A stretch of 64,000 bases of DNA from a bacterium (lineage in GTDB: Bacteria > Zhuqueibacterota > Zhuqueibacteria > Oceanimicrobiales > Oceanimicrobiaceae), in assembly GCA_046758365.1 (NCBI GenBank), contig JBHIAC010000005.1:1-64000 (forward strand), given 5' to 3'. The notes beneath the pieces were generated by a model. It was not told the DNA's origin, searched no databases, and worked only from the letters and a program-made list of their open reading frames with translations. Positions 1-10,103 of this stretch are shown here, in pieces. Within the stretch, counting starts at the first letter, position 1; each line of letters begins with the position of its first letter. Position numbers and translations under genes: made by a program.

Positions 1-143
1 TATTGAATATTAGAATTTGTAATTTGTTTATGATTTGGCGCTTGTAGTTTAGAATTTTGTAAACATACCGCTATTAATCAAGATTTTTTATTGCGCTATA
101 TAAATTCTTCAACAAATTATCCCCAAAAAAACTAATTATTCTG

Positions 144-172
144 TTGACATTTCTTTAGTGAATTTATATATT
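144..172 (+). promoter_or_regulatory. putative sigma70 promoter
   Basis: TTGACA (144-149), 17 bp spacer, TATATT (167-172), upstream of ORF 329. Confidence 0.55.
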
Positions 173-328
173 CAATGAACTTATTGACCGCATTAACATT
201 TTATAATAGTAACTACTCAATATTTTACATTGCTTCAAGGAAATAACTATCCGTCAACACATAGGTTATTAAAAAAAATTATGATTTCGGTAATAATTAA
301 CGGACCAAATATTTAAGAGGGAGGTAAA

Positions 329-820
329 ATGAGCATTAAAATGAAATTTAGACTGGTGTTCTGGATAATTTTTGTGGTACTTTTTATCATTATTCAAACG
401 CCCCTTTTTGGCAGAACATTTCAAGGTAGCCCAGTCATGGATGTGAATCCATTTTTAAATCTCCTCGCCTTTGCACTGGTGATTGAAAGAATTATAGAAA
501 TTATCATCCAATTAATTCCCGGAATCGAAGAAAAGAAAACCGAGTTAGAAGATGACCCTGATGCTTTAGAAAAATTCATAATAACCATACGCCGATTTAC
601 TTTGATAGGGGGCATGGTTTTGGGTATCATTGGGTGTATCATTTTTAAATTTGGAATTATTGATGAAATTTTTCCAGGGAGGATTGGGGCGACTAATTTA
701 CTTAATTTGATTGTAACCGGTTTAGTTGCTGGTAGTGGAGCAGAACCCGTTCACCAGTTGGTGCTCATTATTATCGGAGTGCGTGATCGTTTAAGAGCAG
801 CAAGACATGCTGGATCGTAA
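329..820 (+). CDS. hypothetical membrane protein (holin-like motifs)
   Basis: Strong RBS GGAGG; several hydrophobic segments; motifs LAFALVIERIIE and VTGLVAGSGAEPVHQL. Confidence 0.7.
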   Translation: MSIKMKFRLVFWIIFVVLFIIIQTPLFGRTFQGSPVMDVNPFLNLLAFALVIERIIEIIIQLIPGIEEKKTELEDDPDALEKFIITIRRFTLIGGMVLGIIGCIIFKFGIIDEIFPGRIGATNLLNLIVTGLVAGSGAEPVHQLVLIIIGVRDRLRAARHAGS

Positions 821-831
821 TCCTAACTTAA

Positions 832-1569
832 TTGGATAAAAGTTTAGTGAGGTCGATTTTCCGAAACGAATATTGGTCTCTTTCTCGAAATCCAGCGATT
901 GGCTTAGTGTTTGTTGCACCTCTATGGCTATTATATGAATTTTTAGCTTACAAACTAAATCATAGCTGGCAAGGCAGTTTAAGGACAGGTACTGATCTAC
1001 TTTTTAAAAAAGGGCTAAATTATTTGGGTCTTCAGGAATGGCAGACAGTAGGCCTGCCATTCCTGCTTTTAATTTTATTTTTTACTCTAAAAGTAAAACC
1101 CATTCGCCAAATGAAAATTAGGCCGGTTCATTTTGCCTATATGTTTCTGGAGAGTTTATTTTATGCTCTTCTTTTTGGTATCTTTGTAGGAAGCTTTACC
1201 GGATTCTTTCTTACTCAGCAAATATATCGCTTTAATCATTCCATGATAGCTGCTTTAATTGTACATATAGGCTCGGGAGTTTACGAGGAGTTCTTTTTTC
1301 GATTTATTTTTATTTCAGGATTAGTTCTTTTTTTTAAAAAAGTAATCCATAAAGATGAATCAATTTCTTATCCCACTGCGGTTTTATCGGGTTCTTTTCT
1401 TTTTGCTTTTCTGCATTATTTGAATATTTTCGGAGAACCTTTTCATTTAGAAACCTTTTTCTTTCGCTTTTTTGCTGGGGTGGTTTTTTCTTTTCTTTTT
1501 ATCTTTAGAGGATATGGGATTGCTGCTTATACTCATTCATTGTATAATATTTTGTTGTTATTCCGCTAA
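832..1569 (+). CDS. CPBP (CAAX/Abi) family intramembrane metalloprotease
   Basis: Motifs [15 protein letters not shown] and HSLYN; multi-TM protein; TTG start. Confidence 0.85.
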   Translation: MDKSLVRSIFRNEYWSLSRNPAIGLVFVAPLWLLYEFLAYKLNHSWQGSLRTGTDLLFKKGLNYLGLQEWQTVGLPFLLLILFFTLKVKPIRQMKIRPVHFAYMFLESLFYALLFGIFVGSFTGFFLTQQIYRFNHSMIAALIVHIGSGVYEEFFFRFIFISGLVLFFKKVIHKDESISYPTAVLSGSFLFAFLHYLNIFGEPFHLETFFFRFFAGVVFSFLFIFRGYGIAAYTHSLYNILLLFR

Positions 1570-1577
1570 TATTTTTG

Positions 1578-2036
1578 ATGAGCGTAAAAGTATCTGAAAA
1601 GTGTCCTCATTGTGGAAAAACTATTAAAAAATTTAGAACACCATCGCTTACCGTTGATATTATCATTGAGGTTCTGAAGATTCAAAACGAAATGGGTATT
1701 GTTTTAATACAAAGAAAAAATTACCCTTTCGGCTGGGCCATCCCCGGAGGCTTTGTGGATTACGGTGAATCACTCGAAGCGGCCGCGGTTCGGGAAGCTA
1801 AGGAGGAGACTTCATTAGAGGTAAAGTTAAAACGAGTATTAGGTGTTTATTCAGATCCGAAAAGAGACCCAAGGGGGCATACGATTAGTGTCGTGTTTGT
1901 AGCAGAAAGCAGCGGAAAACCTGCCGCTGGCGATGATGCAGGCGATTTGAGAATCTTCACTAAGAAGGAATTACCAAAAAACTTAGCTTTTGATCATGCG
2001 AACATACTTGAGGATTATTTTCACTTAATAGAGTAG
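1578..2036 (+). CDS. NUDIX hydrolase (ADP-ribose pyrophosphatase-like)
   Basis: Nudix box [24 protein letters not shown] and RDPRGH motif; ATG 1578 (track starts at TTG 1575). Confidence 0.9.
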   Translation: MSVKVSEKCPHCGKTIKKFRTPSLTVDIIIEVLKIQNEMGIVLIQRKNYPFGWAIPGGFVDYGESLEAAAVREAKEETSLEVKLKRVLGVYSDPKRDPRGHTISVVFVAESSGKPAAGDDAGDLRIFTKKELPKNLAFDHANILEDYFHLIE

Positions 2037-2038
2037 AA

Positions 2039-3079
2039 ATGGTCAAGCCTTACTTTTTACTGCTTTTATTAGTCATATCGATTATAAGTGTCAGTTTTTA
2101 TTGGATTTTTCTTTCTCCAACAATCGTGGGTAGTAAAGATGAAATGTTTACTTTAAAAATCCAAAGGGGTACCTCATTTGATGCGATTCTGGATTTAATG
2201 CTGAGTAATGGAATAATTCAAAATAAAACAAAAATTAAGTTAGCTGCAAAAATTCTCGGTTGGAGGAGTAAACTAAAAGCCGGTAAATATGAAATCTCAG
2301 GTAAAACTTCAAGTTATCGATTGTTAAAAACATTGGTAGATGGCCATGTCGCCATGGAATGGGTCACCATTCCCGAAGGGAAAAATGCAAGACAAATTGC
2401 CTCGATTTTAAAACAAAAAGTTGAAATTGATTCTGCTCGGTTTCTGCAGTTAGTAACAGATAGTCTCTATACAAAAAAGTTAGGTATTAATGCTCCAAAT
2501 TTAGAAGGTTTTTTGTTTCCGGAAACTTACAGCTTTTATTGGCAGATCAAATCCGAAGAGATTATACCGGTTATGGTAAATCAATTCAAAAAACAATTTG
2601 ACGACTCACTTCGGTCCAGAACTGAAGAATTAGGATTTTCAGTTTCAGAGTTGATAACCTTAGCCTCTATTATTGAAGGAGAAGCTGTCATTGACAGTGA
2701 ACGAACTTTAATATCTGCGGTTTATCATAACCGATTGAAAAAAGGAATGCTCCTGCAAGCTGATCCTACTATTCAATACATCATTGAGGACAGCCCAAGG
2801 CGGCTTTTAAAAAAGGATTTAGAGATTGATTCGCCTTATAATACCTACAAATATTCTGGACTTCCACCTGGCCCAATAAATAATCCAGGCCTTGCTTCAA
2901 TCAAAGCAAGTTTATTCCCGGCAAAAGTAAAATATCTTTATTTCGTTGCTAAGAAGGATGGTTCTCATACTTTTAGTACGACACTTCAAGAGCATTTAAG
3001 AGCAAAATCTCACTTTGATCAGTATAGAAGAAAGGTAAGGCAGATGAAGCGTGTAGGAGGGCAAGATGGGAAAGGCTAA
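2039..3079 (+). CDS. mltG: endolytic transglycosylase MltG
   Basis: N-terminal TM; LEGFLFPETY, LASIIEGEA, LQADPT, SPYNTY and GLPPGPINNPG motifs. Confidence 0.95.
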   Translation: MVKPYFLLLLLVISIISVSFYWIFLSPTIVGSKDEMFTLKIQRGTSFDAILDLMLSNGIIQNKTKIKLAAKILGWRSKLKAGKYEISGKTSSYRLLKTLVDGHVAMEWVTIPEGKNARQIASILKQKVEIDSARFLQLVTDSLYTKKLGINAPNLEGFLFPETYSFYWQIKSEEIIPVMVNQFKKQFDDSLRSRTEELGFSVSELITLASIIEGEAVIDSERTLISAVYHNRLKKGMLLQADPTIQYIIEDSPRRLLKKDLEIDSPYNTYKYSGLPPGPINNPGLASIKASLFPAKVKYLYFVAKKDGSHTFSTTLQEHLRAKSHFDQYRRKVRQMKRVGGQDGKG

Positions 3080-5279
3080 TCCGATACCGAAAAACCATTT
3101 GCTTACCTCGCTGAATTCAATTCAAAGAGAAGCTGTTCTCAGTACTGAAGGCCCGGTATTAGTGCTGGCAGGGGCTGGCAGTGGAAAAACTCGAGTACTA
3201 ACCCATCGGGTGGCTTATCTTATGGGAAAAAAAGGCGTGAAACCGTGGCAAATTTTGGCTGTGACTTTTACCAATAAGGCCGCTAATGAAATGAAAGAGC
3301 GAATTATGAAGCTTTCTAAAGGCTTTAGTAAAGAGCTATGGATTGGCACGTTTCATTCCATTTGTGCTAGGATATTACGGGTCGAAGGAGAACGCATAGG
3401 ATTTGGAAGAAACTTTTTGATTTTTGATCGCCAAGACCAGATGAGCTATATTAAAAATGTGATGAATGACATTAATATTTCTCCCAAACAGTATACGCCA
3501 GAAGCTGTTCAAGCAAGAATTAGTGGAGCAAAAAATATGTTTGTGAGCCCTGATGAATACAACGCTATTGCCAAAGAGCCCTTTGAGGTAACAGTCGCTT
3601 TGATCTATTATCATTATCAACAACTAATGAAAAAAAATAATACCATGGATTTTGATGATCTGTTGGTGAACCCAATATATTTGTTTGAGCAATTTCCACA
3701 GGTTTTGAGTAATTATCAAAATAGATTTAAATATATTTTAGTCGATGAATATCAAGATACCAATCGAACCCAGTATTTGCTTTTGAAAAAGCTTGCCTTT
3801 AAACACCATAATTTATGCGTGGTTGGAGACGATGATCAATCTATCTACCGCTGGCGAGGCGCTGACATTCGAAACATCCTTGATTTTGAACGCGATTATC
3901 CTGACTGCAAAATATTTCATTTAGAGCAAAATTATCGGTCAACCAAAAATATCTTAAATGCAGCTAATTCTGTAGTTCAGAATAATTTGCTGAGAAGGGA
4001 AAAAATCCTTTGGACAAAAAAAGAATTGGGCGACAAAGTCACTGTGTTTGAAGTAGACGACGAGATTAGCGAATCTTACTTCTTGACCGAAAATATTAAA
4101 AATGAGCTTACTCAACATGGCAGAAATTTTTGTGACTTTGCTGTTTTGTATCGTACGAACGCTCAATCTCGAGTTTTAGAAGATGCACTCCGTTCGGCTG
4201 GCATTCCTTATGTGGTTGTCGGAGGCCTCCGATTTTATGAAAGAAAGGAAATTAAGGACGTATTGGCCTATCTCCGTTTAATTTGTAATGCTCAAGACAC
4301 CATCAGTTTTAAGAGAGTTATAAATTATCCTTTACGCGGAATCGGAGAAAGCTCTATCGCAAAAATTGCAGATTTTGCTCGACAACATTCAATTTCGCTT
4401 TTAGAGGCGGCCGGAAGGGTTGAAGAAATAACTACCATTACGCCTCGTATTCGAGCTAATATCGCAGAATTTTATGCTTTGATTAATAAATACGCTTCTA
4501 TAAAAAACGAATTTTCTCCAGGGGAACTGGCGAGAGCCCTTGTTGAGGAGATTGGCATTTTAAAAACATTTAAAGAAATTAGCACCGAGGAATCCATGAC
4601 CCGAGCCGAAAACGTGCGAGAGCTTCTTTCTGCCATAGCAAAGTTTGCAAAATTAGATAAAAGAGCAACTTTGGAAGATTTTCTTGAAGAAGTCTCCCTA
4701 ATTACTGATATTGATACCTGGGACGATAAGGCGAATGCTGTAACCTTAATGACTTTACATAGTGCTAAAGGACTAGAATTTCCAGTGGTTTTCATCACAG
4801 GATTGGAAGAGGGATTGTTTCCCCTATCAAGGACATTTAACAGCGTGGATGAATTAGAAGAAGAGCGCAGATTATTTTATGTTGGTGCTACACGTGCCAA
4901 AGAGAAACTTTATCTAACTTGGGCAGCTCAAAGGGTGAGATTTGGCGATAATTATAATAGTATACCTTCAAGATTTATTAAAGAGATTGCTCCAGAATAC
5001 TTAATACGACAAAATATAAGAAAATCCCACCAGCACAAATTTTATGAATCCAGAGTAGAAAAAATGCCTGCTTATGAAGATTTTACTCAGGAATTGCCTG
5101 AAATTACTGTTGGCTGTGAGGTTAGACATCCCAAATTTGGTGTTGGAAAAATTATAACAATGGATGGCGAAGAGGAAGATATGAAAATAACGGTCAACTT
5201 TTATGAGGTTGGGAAAAAAAGATTAGTGGTGAAATATGCAAACTTGGAAATATTTAACCCGGATTCGGAAAACCTATGA
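3066..5279 (+). CDS. pcrA: ATP-dependent DNA helicase PcrA/UvrD
   Basis: AGAGSGKT, TFTNKAA, VDEYQD, GDDDQSIY, LEQNYRS, TLHSAKGLEF, EERRLFYV; C-terminal Tudor-like HPKFG. Confidence 0.95.
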   Translation: MGKANPIPKNHLLTSLNSIQREAVLSTEGPVLVLAGAGSGKTRVLTHRVAYLMGKKGVKPWQILAVTFTNKAANEMKERIMKLSKGFSKELWIGTFHSICARILRVEGERIGFGRNFLIFDRQDQMSYIKNVMNDINISPKQYTPEAVQARISGAKNMFVSPDEYNAIAKEPFEVTVALIYYHYQQLMKKNNTMDFDDLLVNPIYLFEQFPQVLSNYQNRFKYILVDEYQDTNRTQYLLLKKLAFKHHNLCVVGDDDQSIYRWRGADIRNILDFERDYPDCKIFHLEQNYRSTKNILNAANSVVQNNLLRREKILWTKKELGDKVTVFEVDDEISESYFLTENIKNELTQHGRNFCDFAVLYRTNAQSRVLEDALRSAGIPYVVVGGLRFYERKEIKDVLAYLRLICNAQDTISFKRVINYPLRGIGESSIAKIADFARQHSISLLEAAGRVEEITTITPRIRANIAEFYALINKYASIKNEFSPGELARALVEEIGILKTFKEISTEESMTRAENVRELLSAIAKFAKLDKRATLEDFLEEVSLITDIDTWDDKANAVTLMTLHSAKGLEFPVVFITGLEEGLFPLSRTFNSVDELEEERRLFYVGATRAKEKLYLTWAAQRVRFGDNYNSIPSRFIKEIAPEYLIRQNIRKSHQHKFYESRVEKMPAYEDFTQELPEITVGCEVRHPKFGVGKIITMDGEEEDMKITVNFYEVGKKRLVVKYANLEIFNPDSENL

Positions 5280-5320
5280 AAGTGAAATTCAAACATCAGG
5301 CAGTAGGGTCTTTTTCAAAC

Positions 5321-5368
5321 TAAGGTATAGGGTATAAGGTATAAGGTGTAAGGTGTAAGGTATAAGGG
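5321..5368. repeat. heptamer tandem repeat (TAAGGTA/TAAGGTG, about 7 copies)
   Basis: taaggta tagggta taaggta taaggtg taaggtg taaggta taaggg read directly. Confidence 0.9.
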
Positions 5369-5399
5369 AATTAGGGGTCGATGATATCACAACGAAATT

Positions 5400-5556
5400 C
5401 CTTAATTGAGCGATTTTTCCTACCGGGAGAAGTTCGGTGTTCAAGCTTTAGCTTGCAGTAGCAGGCGTAAATACTACGCTAAATCGTGGACACCCAACGT
5501 TCTCTACGCTTAAACCCGATTGCGAAACAATTTAAGGCAGAATCGCTCAATTTAGG
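5400..5556. mobile_element. MITE/REP-like element with nested inverted repeats
   Basis: Outer IR CCTTAATTGAGCGATT (5400-5415) / AATCGCTCAATTTAGG (5541-5556), 15/16 match; inner IR GGTGTTCAAGCTTTAGC (5436-5452) / GCTAAATCGTGGACACC (5478-5494), 14/17 match. Confidence 0.55.
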
Positions 5557-5601
5557 TAGAAAATAAAATATTTTGCGGTCGAAATATCTTCTGTAAAGAA
5601 A

Positions 5602-8600
5602 ATGCTAATTTTATTTTATATCATTGTATTCTCCGTTGCCTCAATTCCGGTGAGTTGGAGTCAAGAATCGAAAGCAGAACAGGAATTCAATTTTGCTCAG
5701 AAACTGTACGAAGACAAAATATTTGTTTTAGCCGCGGAACAATTTAACATTTTCGCTGAAAAATATCCCAATCATGAAAAAGCCGATGAGGCGTTATTTC
5801 TAAGTGGAGAGGCTTATTTTGCGGCCGAGAACTACAGCCACGCATTTGAAAAATTTAAAGAATTAGAAATTAGCTATCCACAATCACAGTTTGTGCCCAA
5901 AGGTCGATATCGTTTAGCTCAATGCAAGAAAGCTCAGCAAAACTTTGAAGCGGCCGCCGAACTTTTCAAAAGAGTTTCTATTTTCCATCCTGAAAGTGAA
6001 TTGGCCCCAAAAGCATTACTTGAAGCAGGAAAAACTTATTCAAAATCCGGTAAAGATAATGCAGCGATCGCCATTTTATTCGAGCTAATAAGGAGCTATC
6101 CCGACACCCCTGAACGATTAGAGGCCCATCTTGAAATTGTCAACATTTATTTTAGAAAAAATGAATTTACCAAAGCCATAAATGAAATGGACGGTATTTT
6201 TAGTGCCTTAGGGCCTGAATTAAATGACCCGCGCATTAATCTGGTTCGCGGGAAAATTTTTGAAAATATGGGACAATTTAAGGAAGCCGAATCTATCTAC
6301 ACCAAACTTGTACAAGATTTCCCCACCCGCGTCGAAGCTCAACAGGCCTATTATAATCTTGGTATTTTGTTTCAAAAACGAGGACTTTATGAGGAAGCCC
6401 TTCAATATTTTGATAATAGTTTGTCTGCGGCCTCTGACTCAGGATTGTTCCCTCAAGTTTACTTAAAAAAAGGAGATATCCATTTCTCTTTAAATCAAAT
6501 TAAAGAGGCATTGGAGAATTATCAAAATGCAGCCAAATGTAGTGAAGGGAGTTTGAAATATGAAGCCGAATTTAAATCTGCCAAATCCCTTAAAATCTTA
6601 CAGCAGTACGATAAAGCAGCGTCAAAATACTCTAAACTAATATCAATTACAAATCAAGTAAAAAATCAAACAGCCTCTTTAATCGAAAAGTCGTATTTCG
6701 AACTGACAGACGTTTGGATTCATTTAAAACGTTTTAGAGAGGCTCTTAAACTGATCGAAGAGTACTCGGAAAAATATGCTGAAAGCCCATATATATCTCA
6801 AATGGTTTTTAAAAAGGGGGAGATATTTGAAAAGTATCTCGGTGACTATTCAAAAGCATTACGAATCTATGATGAATTTTCAGAACACTTTCCGTTTAGT
6901 CCCTGGGTGGAGGATGTTCAATTGGCTTTAGCTCGATGCTACGAAGGATTGGAGAATTACCAATTAGCTGTAAAAGAATATGAAAAATACTTAGCACGAT
7001 ATCCTGCCGCTGAAAGTTACGATTGGGCCTTGGACAGAAAGAATTTGATTTACCAAACCATTAATTTTGACCTGGAAAAAGCATTTACAGAAATCTTAAA
7101 TTTGTTTGAAAACTTCACTCAAGGAAAAATCATCGATAATTGGCCATTTGACTTGGGCAAGGTTTATTTAAAATTAAAAAAGTTTGAAGACGCCATAGAG
7201 CAGTTCAGAATAGTACTGAAAAAGCAGGGTGATGGAGTATTACGTGACGAACTGTTCTATTATTTGGGCTTATCTTACTTAAAATTGGCTGATAAAGCAC
7301 GGTTGCAATTTCCGCAAGAAAATGCTGCAGCCTATTTGGACAGCGCTGTAATAAGTCTAAATTTTGTCGAACTAAACTCTTCAGATTCTGAGAGGACTGA
7401 GGAAGCTTCCTATTGGTTGGCAAAGTTGGAGCTAAATAAAATATCTGCTCCAGAAACCCGTCAAGCCAAACTCCTTGAGCTTTACACAGTATGGCAGAGT
7501 CGGTATCCAAATGGCAAATATTTAGATTTCATTTTAATTAATTTCGCCAATGAGTTATTACAAACTTCTTCTGATCGTGACACAGTACTTCTACAGGAGG
7601 CGTTAGCTCACTACCAGAATATCATGGAGAAATATCCTGAAAGTAAATATTTTGAAGAGGCTCAGTTTCGTGAAGCCATCACTCTTAAATACTTGGGATC
7701 GGATTCTATTGCCCTCTCTCGACTAACCCACTTTGTTAAAACCCAGCCAAACAGTCGATATGTTCCAGAAGCGATTTTAGTAAAAGCCAGATGGGAGAAA
7801 GAAAAACAAAATTATTCCGATGCTTTGAAAGATTTGGAGCAAATTCAATCCAAATATTTTTATTCACCACTGGCCGCGCAAGCGCAAAGAGAAATGGCTG
7901 AAATTTATTTTCAACTAAGGGATTTTCAAGCTGCTTTGGCTAATTACAAAAGAATTAATGAAGTACCTGGAACTAACGGAATTTTAATATCTTTTAAAGA
8001 AGCTCAGGCTTATGAGAATCTTGGTAATTTCACTGAAGCTGTAAAAAAATATTTAACCTTTATTCGAGATAATCCGGAGCATGAAAGTGTGCCAGAGGCC
8101 CTGTTGGCAGTAGCACGAATTGCGCAAAAGCAAAATAACTTAACCTTTGCTAAAGAGTACTACGAAAGCCTCTTACAACACTATACACAACCCCAATTGC
8201 AATATGAAACCCGCATTGCTCTTGGAGACATTTTATTTCAACAAGAGAAATATAATGAAGCTCGGGCTCATTATTTAAAGGCCCCTAACTTAGCCGAGGA
8301 GGCTTACAAGAAAAAATATCCTTTAAGACAGGCTATTAGATGTCTCTATAAGTTGGGACAAATTACTGCTGCCGATTCTGAACTTGATATTTTTAAGAAA
8401 AGGTTCAAAGATTCTAAAATGGATGAAGCACAGTTGCTTTTGGATAAAGGAAAAGCTTTTATTACAAAGAAAAATTTCCAATTGGCTGAAAAGACATTCA
8501 AAAAACTTAAAGGAGATTTTAAAAACACGGATTATGGCGCTCAAGGAGAACTGGGATTGGGTGAAGTCTATTTAATTACCAACCATACAGAAGATGCATT

Positions 8601-9279
8601 AAAAATTCTTACCAATATCCCTTCAAAATATCCAGACAGCGAGGTGACCCCTCTGACCTATTACAATTTAGGTGATTTTTATTTCAATTCCCAGCAAGTT
8701 GAAAATGCAATCACGGCATTTAAACAAATTTTGGTTCATCCAAAAGCAGGCGAACTTTATCCGAAGGCTTTGAGATATCTCATAAAATGTTATGATCACA
8801 TTCGACTTTGGGACCAAGCTATTGCATCTACACGAGAATACCTTGAAAAATTTCCCAGGTTTGAAGACAGCTTTAATTTAAAAATTCGGCTTGGAGAATT
8901 TTTGATGAAGTTAAAAGAGTATGATCGAGCTATTAGACATTTTCAACAATTACAACCCTACGCCGATAATGAAACAGAAGCTGAAGTGCAGTTCTATATT
9001 GCCCAAAGCTTCAAGGAAATGGGAAGCTTCCAACGGGCTGCCTCCGAATATCTGAAAGTCAAATATTTGACGAAACCAACAAAATGGCCGTGGCATGTAA
9101 CGGCCCAATACGAAGCCAGTGAGTGTTTAATACGTCTGGGGGAAATGGTACAGGCCAAAAAAATTCTTCAACGTATCATTAATGAACAAGGCTCAGAAAG
9201 TAACTTTGGTCGCTTTGCCTTAAAAAAACTTCTACAACTACAACAAAGCGACAAATCGACTGCTGCCAAAGAAGATTAA
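5602..9279 (+). CDS. large exported tetratricopeptide repeat protein (BamD/CpoB-like repeats)
   Basis: Signal-peptide-like N terminus; many TPR units with YP.S...A motifs over 1225 aa. Confidence 0.85.
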   Translation: MLILFYIIVFSVASIPVSWSQESKAEQEFNFAQKLYEDKIFVLAAEQFNIFAEKYPNHEKADEALFLSGEAYFAAENYSHAFEKFKELEISYPQSQFVPKGRYRLAQCKKAQQNFEAAAELFKRVSIFHPESELAPKALLEAGKTYSKSGKDNAAIAILFELIRSYPDTPERLEAHLEIVNIYFRKNEFTKAINEMDGIFSALGPELNDPRINLVRGKIFENMGQFKEAESIYTKLVQDFPTRVEAQQAYYNLGILFQKRGLYEEALQYFDNSLSAASDSGLFPQVYLKKGDIHFSLNQIKEALENYQNAAKCSEGSLKYEAEFKSAKSLKILQQYDKAASKYSKLISITNQVKNQTASLIEKSYFELTDVWIHLKRFREALKLIEEYSEKYAESPYISQMVFKKGEIFEKYLGDYSKALRIYDEFSEHFPFSPWVEDVQLALARCYEGLENYQLAVKEYEKYLARYPAAESYDWALDRKNLIYQTINFDLEKAFTEILNLFENFTQGKIIDNWPFDLGKVYLKLKKFEDAIEQFRIVLKKQGDGVLRDELFYYLGLSYLKLADKARLQFPQENAAAYLDSAVISLNFVELNSSDSERTEEASYWLAKLELNKISAPETRQAKLLELYTVWQSRYPNGKYLDFILINFANELLQTSSDRDTVLLQEALAHYQNIMEKYPESKYFEEAQFREAITLKYLGSDSIALSRLTHFVKTQPNSRYVPEAILVKARWEKEKQNYSDALKDLEQIQSKYFYSPLAAQAQREMAEIYFQLRDFQAALANYKRINEVPGTNGILISFKEAQAYENLGNFTEAVKKYLTFIRDNPEHESVPEALLAVARIAQKQNNLTFAKEYYESLLQHYTQPQLQYETRIALGDILFQQEKYNEARAHYLKAPNLAEEAYKKKYPLRQAIRCLYKLGQITAADSELDIFKKRFKDSKMDEAQLLLDKGKAFITKKNFQLAEKTFKKLKGDFKNTDYGAQGELGLGEVYLITNHTEDALKILTNIPSKYPDSEVTPLTYYNLGDFYFNSQQVENAITAFKQILVHPKAGELYPKALRYLIKCYDHIRLWDQAIASTREYLEKFPRFEDSFNLKIRLGEFLMKLKEYDRAIRHFQQLQPYADNETEAEVQFYIAQSFKEMGSFQRAASEYLKVKYLTKPTKWPWHVTAQYEASECLIRLGEMVQAKKILQRIINEQGSESNFGRFALKKLLQLQQSDKSTAAKED

Positions 9280-9326
9280 TTTCTTCTAACCTTTTACAAG
9301 CAAACGCAAAAAAGAAGGAGGATGTT

Positions 9327-9734
9327 ATGGCAAGAGTAAGAGCCAATGTTATTATAGCTGGACGCAATTGTTGGACACTATTTGATGGAGGGACACGAAA
9401 TACTTATGTTGTGCAAGAAGTAGCTTCTCTTTTGCCCATATTTGATTTAGAAAAACCAGAGCCTGTCTCTCTTGGATGTAGAGTCCACGATGTGACGAGA
9501 GAATGTTGGCTAACTTGCCTTGTTGAAGGACTCCGTGTGCGTGCACATGCCAGAGTTCTTGAGGAAATAGGAACCGATGAGAAGGGAAAAAGAATCGAAA
9601 TTTTAATCGGAGCCCTGACCATACAAGAATGGGGCATACGACCTGTCCATGACGAAGAAAGATTGGATATGAGCCATTACCCAAAAGAATTTATTGAGTT
9701 TCCAGCATTGAAATCTAAAATCGATTTACCTTAA
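9327..9734 (+). CDS. retropepsin-like (clan AA) aspartyl protease homologue
   Basis: RBS AAGGAGG; WTLFDGGTRNTY at the D[TS]G position and ILIG motif near the C terminus. Confidence 0.6.
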   Translation: MARVRANVIIAGRNCWTLFDGGTRNTYVVQEVASLLPIFDLEKPEPVSLGCRVHDVTRECWLTCLVEGLRVRAHARVLEEIGTDEKGKRIEILIGALTIQEWGIRPVHDEERLDMSHYPKEFIEFPALKSKIDLP

Positions 9735-9971
9735 GTTGACGCCCATCGAGCTGAAGGCGGGGCTATTCTGTGGCCACATTTTTATGCAACGGAATAGATT
9801 TCGCCTGTGCAGACTTTGGCTGGCTGGAAAAAACTAAAATATTTTCATTCTTAATTGAATTTTAATATGATCTTTTCCCTTGATTTTGATCAAAAAAATA
9901 ATTATCTATAAGGTGAATTTCATCAAACACAAAAATAACAAATGAAATAACTTTTAAATAAACAATAATAT

Positions 9972-10046
9972 GCCCCTATAGCTCAGAATGGATAGAGCAG
10001 TGGTTTCCTAAACCATGTGTCGCAGGTTCGAGTCCTGCTAGGGGCA
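9972..10046 (+). tRNA. tRNA-Arg(CCT)
   Basis: Acceptor stem GCCCCTA/TAGGGGC; anticodon arm GTGGT-TTCCTAA-ACCAT; T-loop GGTTCGAGTCC; CCA not encoded. Confidence 0.95.
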
Positions 10047-10103
10047 CTTTATTAGTTTGACAATCATTTAATGTTATAAATAGTACAAGGAGAATTAAAG
10101 AAA

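Noticed and set aside
5321..5556. Possible CRISPR array
   Set aside because: Repeats are 7-mers or inverted pairs, with no repeat-spacer periodicity and no cas genes.
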